Of a stretch of DNA of 64,000 nucleotides, positions 58,823 to 64,000 are shown piece by piece. Position 1 is the first letter of the stretch. Every line of letters begins with the position of its first letter. Below the pieces are notes generated by a model. The model saw only the letters and a program-made list of their open reading frames with translations, did no database searches and was not told the DNA's origin. The stretch lies in contig CAWGFM010000001.1 in the NCBI GenBank assembly GCA_963821935.1, positions 104 through 64,103 on the forward strand, read 5' to 3'. Position numbers and translations under genes: made by a program. This DNA comes from an uncultured Actinomycetes bacterium. GTDB lineage: Bacteria > Actinomycetota > UBA4738 > HRBIN12.

Positions 58823-59260
58823 CTAGCCCTGCGACGGCTCGGTGCCGTCATCGTCGGTCGAAGGGGTCGGAGCCGGTGATGGAGACGGATCCGGCACGTC
58901 CCCGTTGGTCTCCGCGACCGACGCCTGGTCGCCGTCGTCATCGACGGGTCCGAGTGTGGTCGCCTCTTTGACGGCATCGGCCGCCCGTGCGCGGGCCTGA
59001 TGCGGCGTGTTACGGAACGCCGAACGCACGTCCGTGGCCTTGCGCAGGTCGGAGGCCGTCTGCTTGAGCTCGTTGGCGGTCTGCTTGAGGTCCTCGTCCA
59101 AGCCCGTGTCGACCATGTCGCGCACCTCGTCCTGCACCTTGCGGAACTCGCGCAGGCCTCGGCCGATCGTGCGACCGAGGTCGGGCAAGCGTTGCGGCCC
59201 CACCACGACCAGCGCGATGACGATGATGAGCAGCAGCTCGGGAGGTCCGATGTTGAGCAT
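58823..59260 (-). CDS. tatB: Twin-arginine translocase TatB/TatA family
   Basis: NIGPPELL...VVVGPQRLP...GRGLREFRK. Confidence 0.88.
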   Translation of the reverse strand: MLNIGPPELLLIIVIALVVVGPQRLPDLGRTIGRGLREFRKVQDEVRDMVDTGLDEDLKQTANELKQTASDLRKATDVRSAFRNTPHQARARAADAVKEATTLGPVDDDGDQASVAETNGDVPDPSPSPAPTPSTDDDGTEPSQG

Positions 59261-59291
59261 GGCGTCACACGGCCCGCGGGCCGCCCCTATC

Positions 59292-59495
59292 CTACCGTCG
59301 CAGGGACGACGCCCTCCGGCCGGCCCGATCGACATCGGCCGTGATCTGCTGGGTGAGCGGCGAGATCTCTTCCTGCATGCGCCGGGCGGTGCGTCCCAGC
59401 ACCAGCGCGTGACGCACCAGGGCAACCAGGAGGCCAACCATCGCCACCGTGGTGACCATGCCGATCACGAACCACACCAGCAGCCACGTACTCAC
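59292..59495 (-). CDS. Small membrane protein
   Basis: TM helix + amphipathic tail; TAGCAT -10 six nt before GTG. Confidence 0.7.
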   Translation of the reverse strand: MSTWLLVWFVIGMVTTVAMVGLLVALVRHALVLGRTARRMQEEISPLTQQITADVDRAGRRASSLRR

Positions 59496-59534
59496 GCGAG
59501 GATGCTACACGAGCCGGGCCGAGCGACGGTCGGG

Positions 59535-59906
59535 TCAGCCGCCGCCGCTGGACGCTAGGAACTCCGCGATGTAGCGGTCGTCCTCCAGCAGATAGTGGAA
59601 CTCGATGACGTCGTCGATCATGAATGGGGGGCCATCGGGCAGCTGGCCTCGAGGGTCCTCGACGGGCTCCTCGTCGAAGAGGAGCTGGCCCGCACCGTCG
59701 CCTTCGGCCTGGTCGATGTCGACGCCGGCGGAGACGAGCAGCGCCACGATCTTGCGGTCGGCGCGCTTCTCGACGTCGTCGGCGCAGTTGGGGCAGGTGA
59801 ACCGATAGCTGCCCTCTTTGCCGCTCTGACGAACGGAAAGGAGGATGGCCTCGGGACCCATGTCCACCTCGCCACACCGGGGGCACGTTGTGCGGATCGT
59901 TGTCAT
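59535..59906 (-). CDS. Zn-ribbon hypothetical protein
   Basis: CPRC...CPNC. Confidence 0.75.
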   Translation of the reverse strand: MTTIRTTCPRCGEVDMGPEAILLSVRQSGKEGSYRFTCPNCADDVEKRADRKIVALLVSAGVDIDQAEGDGAGQLLFDEEPVEDPRGQLPDGPPFMIDDVIEFHYLLEDDRYIAEFLASSGGG

Positions 59907-60039
59907 CTCACACGAGCTATCGGCCCGGCCTGAGGCTGGCTTGAGTGCGACGAGGCGATGTGCACTACCCGAAGTCGGGCATCTTCTGCGGACCCTTTCG
60001 GAGCAGGCGCTCGACTCGTTCCCAGGGCGTTCTGCACGG

Positions 60040-61017
60040 TCAGCGATAGCGCGCGAGCGTCGCCTCCGCCAGTTCGCTCACCAGGCCGGCCAGCGCCGGT
60101 GGGTCGAGCACCGACGCGTCCTCACCAACGCGCAACAGGAGGCGTGCGATCACCCCGAGATCACTGACCGGCAGGGTCACCTCGAGGGAACCGTCCGGGC
60201 GATCATGCGGGTCGGTCGTGACGTAGTACTCCGCGATCCATCGGGCGGCTGGACGCAGCAGCAGTCGTGCCGGCACGTCGTCGCGACCCGGTGAATAGAG
60301 GGGTCGGCCCGCCCCCCGCAGTCCGCGAGCCTCGAACGAGATGCCGGTCGGCTCGGCGCGCCGGATGCGGTCGGCTCGCAAGAGGCGTTCGCCGTCGGCA
60401 TCGACGTCCCACGCGGCGACGTACCACTGACCCATGGCGGAGAACACTTCCTCTGGGTCGATGCGCCGCGAGCTCCACTGCCGGGAGGATGCGGCGAAGT
60501 ACTCGATGTCGAGCTCCTGACGCGACGCCGACGCCGCCCGAAGCACCTCGAGGAACGGGGGCGGCTCGCCGGCTGATGCGACGCCGATGGCACCGTCCGC
60601 CTGTCCCAGCACCTCCGGGCCCAACGAGCCTCGGAGCTTGTCGAGCGCGCTGCCCAGGGACGGAGCCTCGGGCAGGCCGGGCGTCGCCAGGAGCTCGGTC
60701 CCCCGCAGGTACAACGCGAGTGCCTCGTTCCGACTGAGGCGCAGCGGACGGGCGAAGTGGTCGGCCATCGTGATCCAGATGCGGTCGTCCTCGTCGACAT
60801 CAACGTCGATCAGGTCACCGGGGCCGTACGGAGGCAACCCCGACATGAACAGCAGGTCAAGGTCGCGGCGGAGCTGATCCGCTGGGGCGTCGAACAGCCG
60901 GGCCACCTCGGTCACCTCGCTGCCCGGATGCTGGACGAGGTAGGGCACCACGACGAGCATCCTGCCCAGGCGTTCCACCGTCTTGGGCGCTTGCCGACGG
61001 ACCTCAGGCACGGGCAC
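60040..61017 (-). CDS. pafC: WYL-domain regulator PafC
   Basis: GLPPYGPGDLID, WYV.AW, RADRI. Confidence 0.9.
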   Translation of the reverse strand: MPVPEVRRQAPKTVERLGRMLVVVPYLVQHPGSEVTEVARLFDAPADQLRRDLDLLFMSGLPPYGPGDLIDVDVDEDDRIWITMADHFARPLRLSRNEALALYLRGTELLATPGLPEAPSLGSALDKLRGSLGPEVLGQADGAIGVASAGEPPPFLEVLRAASASRQELDIEYFAASSRQWSSRRIDPEEVFSAMGQWYVAAWDVDADGERLLRADRIRRAEPTGISFEARGLRGAGRPLYSPGRDDVPARLLLRPAARWIAEYYVTTDPHDRPDGSLEVTLPVSDLGVIARLLLRVGEDASVLDPPALAGLVSELAEATLARYR

Positions 61018-61948
61018 GTTCCAATCGGCTGATCACGAGGTCACGGAGCGAAACAGGTTCGAGGACGACGGCGTCGGGACCGAACTGCAGGATCAGGTCC
61101 GCCAGGACCGCCTCGTCGGCCATAGGCACCGCGACCCTCGTCCAGCCGTCCTCACCGGGGCCCGTCTCCTCGGCCCCGGGGAAGGAGTTCACGGCCCACC
61201 ACGCAACCTCGGGCGAGAAGGCGATCTGCGAGGTGTCCTCGGGCGTCGCCGCCCAGGGCCCGGACTCCACGTGGTCGGTGGCCCGGAAGCCTTGGGGTGG
61301 CTCGCTGCCCTCGCCCAGGTCGTCCAGGTCGTCCATGAACCGCGACAGGCGGAACGCTCGCACATCGTCGCGGCCGCGGTCGAAGCCCACCAGGTACCAG
61401 TGACCTCCTCGGAACACCATCGCGTAGGCGTCGACATCTCGCACACCTGCCTCTCCGTGCGAGGTGCGGTAGCCGAACCGCACCCGCCGCCGCCGCTGCG
61501 CCGCGTCTGCCGCTGCCACGACGAGCGTGCTGCGCGCGTCCGAGCCCGAGGCGAGCGGACCGCCCGCCAGGCCGGCCAGCACGCCTCCGTCGGCGCCGTA
61601 CAAGAGCTTGCGGGCGGCGTGCTCGGCGGGGGTGTTCTCTCCGCCGCTCTGCGCGGCCACCAGCAGGGCGCCGAGCTCCTGGGGCGTGAAGGCGATCTCC
61701 GGAAGGTAGTACTCATCCTTGGGGATCATGTACCCCTGTTCGGAGCCCCACGCGTCGATGTCCACCAGCCGCAGAGGAACGCCGAACTCCCGCAGCTGAT
61801 CCTTGTCGCGTTCGAACATGCGTTGGGCCGACTGGACGTTCGCCTGGTCGTAGGGGTCGAGCACCGCACGGATCTGCTCGAACGTCAGCGGCGTCGGCGT
61901 TTCGAGCAGGAGCGCGACCAGGTTGAGCAGTCGCTCCAGCGGTTCCAT
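61004..61948 (-). CDS. pafB: WYL-domain regulator PafB
   Basis: ERLLNL, RMFERDK..LRE.G, WYLVGFD, FRLSR. Confidence 0.92.
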   Translation of the reverse strand: MEPLERLLNLVALLLETPTPLTFEQIRAVLDPYDQANVQSAQRMFERDKDQLREFGVPLRLVDIDAWGSEQGYMIPKDEYYLPEIAFTPQELGALLVAAQSGGENTPAEHAARKLLYGADGGVLAGLAGGPLASGSDARSTLVVAAADAAQRRRRVRFGYRTSHGEAGVRDVDAYAMVFRGGHWYLVGFDRGRDDVRAFRLSRFMDDLDDLGEGSEPPQGFRATDHVESGPWAATPEDTSQIAFSPEVAWWAVNSFPGAEETGPGEDGWTRVAVPMADEAVLADLILQFGPDAVVLEPVSLRDLVISRLERARA

Positions 61949-62053
61949 GCGGTCGTCTCCTGCCACGTGCGGCATCATAGCGGTGAGGTGCAGCGCCACT
62001 CGCAAGGACGAGGCAGGTCCTCCGAGCCCACGTTCGGGACGGGTGATCTGCGC

Positions 62054-62614
62054 ATGAAACCGGTCCTGCTCGTTCCCGACATCTCGTCGTTGAAGGCGGT
62101 CATGGCCGGCGCGACCCGAGCCGGGCGAGATCCGCGCGTCGCGGTCGTCCGCGAGCCCCGAGAGCTCGAGGGCATCGCTGAGCACGGCACCCGTGCCGAG
62201 ATGGTGATCGCGTGCCTCGGTGATGACCGATCAGCCCTGACCGGGCAGGTGCTGCCCCTCGTGAGCCGCGGTGCGCGTCCGATCCCGGTCGTGACGGCGT
62301 CAAGCGCGATCGGCGTCGAGCCAGCCTGCCTCATCTGGCTGCGGGAGCTCCCAGCCGGACTCAACGTAGCGGTGCCGTCGTCTGACGACGACCTCGAACG
62401 GCGTCGCCTGTGGGACTCCCTCCGCGTCGAAAGCTTGGACGAGCGGCACCACTTGGTCGACGTCGACGGTCAGCCTGCCCTCGACGAGATGATCGCTCAC
62501 GGCGCGAGCCCGGACGGCGATCGACTGCGGGCACTGGCGGCGGGAGCGGCCGGGGTACTCGGCGGTCGCATCGTCACGGGCAACCGTCAGTGGACGGCCG
62601 CCCTCGATGATTGA
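62054..62614 (+). CDS. Hypothetical protein (possibly a shortened DUF3866 relative)
   Basis: Coding-like ORF from ATG 62054; tail RHHLVDVDG...ALAAGAAG and position beside pafA/pafB. Confidence 0.55.
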   Translation: MKPVLLVPDISSLKAVMAGATRAGRDPRVAVVREPRELEGIAEHGTRAEMVIACLGDDRSALTGQVLPLVSRGARPIPVVTASSAIGVEPACLIWLRELPAGLNVAVPSSDDDLERRRLWDSLRVESLDERHHLVDVDGQPALDEMIAHGASPDGDRLRALAAGAAGVLGGRIVTGNRQWTAALDD

Positions 62615-62648
62615 GGGCCCCGGCCCACGGTGAGGCAGTAGGCCTGCA

Positions 62649-64000
62649 TCACATGTGGGCGATGAGTTGATCCACCCGCTCATCGACGCTGCGGAACGGG
62701 TCCTTGCAGAGCACCGTTCGCTGAGCCTGGTCGTTGAGCTTGAGGTGCACCCAGTCCACCGTGTAGTCGCGTCGCTTGGCCTTGGCCTGCCGGATGAAGT
62801 CGCCTCGCAGCTTCGCTCGCGTGGTCTGTGGGGGCTCGCGCATCGCGCGGTTGATCTGGGCGTCGCCGACGGCTCGCTCGACCTTGCCCGACTTCTCCAG
62901 CAGGTAGTAGAGGCCGCGCCCCCGGTTCACGTCGTGATAGGCCAGGTCCAGCAGCGCGATCCGGGGTGAGGCCAGCGCCAGTCCGTGCTTGGCCATGTAC
63001 CGTTCGATCAGCGTCCGCTTCGTGATCCAATCCACCTTGCGACCGAGGCGTTCGGGTTCACCGTCGCGGAGCGCGTCCAGCGCTTCCCGCCACTCGCGGA
63101 GCAACACCTTCGATGTCTCATCGGCCCCTCGCCGCTCGATGAATCGCTCCGTCTTCTCGAAGTACTCGGTCTGCATCTCGATGGCGGTCAGCTCCCGGCC
63201 GTTCGCGAGCTTGACCGTGCGCGTGCACGAGGTGTCGTGGCTGATCTCACGGATCGCACGGATCGGGTTCTCCAGCGACAGGTCGCGCATCACGGTGTTG
63301 CCCTCCACCATCCGCAGCACGAGATCGGTGATGCCGACCTTCATGAAGGTGGTCCACTCGCTCATGTTCGAATCACCGACGATCACGTGCAGCCGGCGGA
63401 AACGTTCGGCGTCAGCGTGCGGTTCATCGCGGGTGTTGATGATGGGCCGAGAGCGCGTGGTGGCGCTCGAGACGCCCTCCCAGATGTGCTCGGCGCGCTG
63501 GCTGATGCAGAACTGCGCGCCTCGGGGACCGTGCAGCACCTTGCCCGCGCCGCACCAGATCTGGCGTGTCACGAAGAACGGGATCAAGACGTCGGCCATG
63601 CGCGCGAACTCCCCGTGCCGGGCAACCAGGTAGTTCTCGTGACACCCGTAGGAGTTGCCCGCAGAGTCGGTGTTGTTCTTGAAGAGGTAGACGTCGCCGG
63701 AGATGCCCTCCTCGTGCAGGCGCATCTCGGCAGCCCCCAGCAGCGCTTCCAGGATCCGCTCCCCCGCCTTGTCGTGCGCGACCAGCTCCTTGATCACGTC
63801 GCATTCGGGCGTGGCGTACTCGGGATGCGAGCCCACGTCCAGGTAGAGACGCGCACCGTTCTCCAGGAAGACGTTGGAGGAACGACCCCAGTGCACCACC
63901 CGTCGGAACAGGTAGCGGGCCACCTCATCGGGCGAAAGCCGCCGTTGTCCGCGGAACGTGCACGTGACGCCGTACTCGTTCTCCAGCCCGAAGATGCGGC
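62649..64000 (-). CDS. pafA: Pup--protein ligase (5' end beyond window)
   Basis: [10 protein letters not shown] at the window edge, [41 protein letters not shown]. Confidence 0.96.
   Translation of the reverse strand, partial: RIFGLENEYGVTCTFRGQRRLSPDEVARYLFRRVVHWGRSSNVFLENGARLYLDVGSHPEYATPECDVIKELVAHDKAGERILEALLGAAEMRLHEEGISGDVYLFKNNTDSAGNSYGCHENYLVARHGEFARMADVLIPFFVTRQIWCGAGKVLHGPRGAQFCISQRAEHIWEGVSSATTRSRPIINTRDEPHADAERFRRLHVIVGDSNMSEWTTFMKVGITDLVLRMVEGNTVMRDLSLENPIRAIREISHDTSCTRTVKLANGRELTAIEMQTEYFEKTERFIERRGADETSKVLLREWREALDALRDGEPERLGRKVDWITKRTLIERYMAKHGLALASPRIALLDLAYHDVNRGRGLYYLLEKSGKVERAVGDAQINRAMREPPQTTRAKLRGDFIRQAKAKRRDYTVDWVHLKLNDQAQRTVLCKDPFRSVDERVDQLIAHM

Noticed and set aside
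60040-61948. Tandem WYL proteins as a defence-island marker
   Set aside because: They are PafB/PafC in the standard pafA-tat-helY context.

Overview
High-GC window from an actinobacterium. The Pup-proteasome genes pafA/pafB/pafC, an Lnt-Ppm1 fusion and many leaderless-type -10 boxes support Actinomycetota. Split gcvPA/gcvPB, deoB and an AroH-type chorismate mutase suggest a deep-branching lineage (inference). Most of the window is conserved core: HAD-tlyA-nadK-recN-pyrG-NUDIX-ald-xerD-deoB-pdp, trpS-scpAB-rluB-aroH-tyrA-aroA-cmk-der-tRNA-Pro, the gcvH/FHA/MerR/gcvP cluster, cysS, helY, tatCB and pafCBA. Two regions stand out. (1) At 43.0-46.2 kb a compact 253-aa reverse transcriptase (44796-45557, minus strand, WVDD active-site motif, no recognisable thumb/maturase/endonuclease) follows a ~180-nt hairpin- and G-tract-rich non-coding leader. 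Its stop overlaps the start of a metal-dependent amidohydrolase, which is followed by a ~220-nt rod-like non-coding element. I found no intron, retron, DGR or CRISPR signature, so this is my best candidate for an undescribed system. (2) A ~7.5-kb accessory island (616-8156) with no integrase is flanked by a 400-bp direct repeat that rebuilds two overlapping convergent genes, and it carries three decayed copies of a small HTH gene. Several apparent single-base frameshifts in core genes suggest indel errors in the assembly, so frame-dependent claims need read-level checking. All calls are from motif reading by eye; no searches or folding were run.
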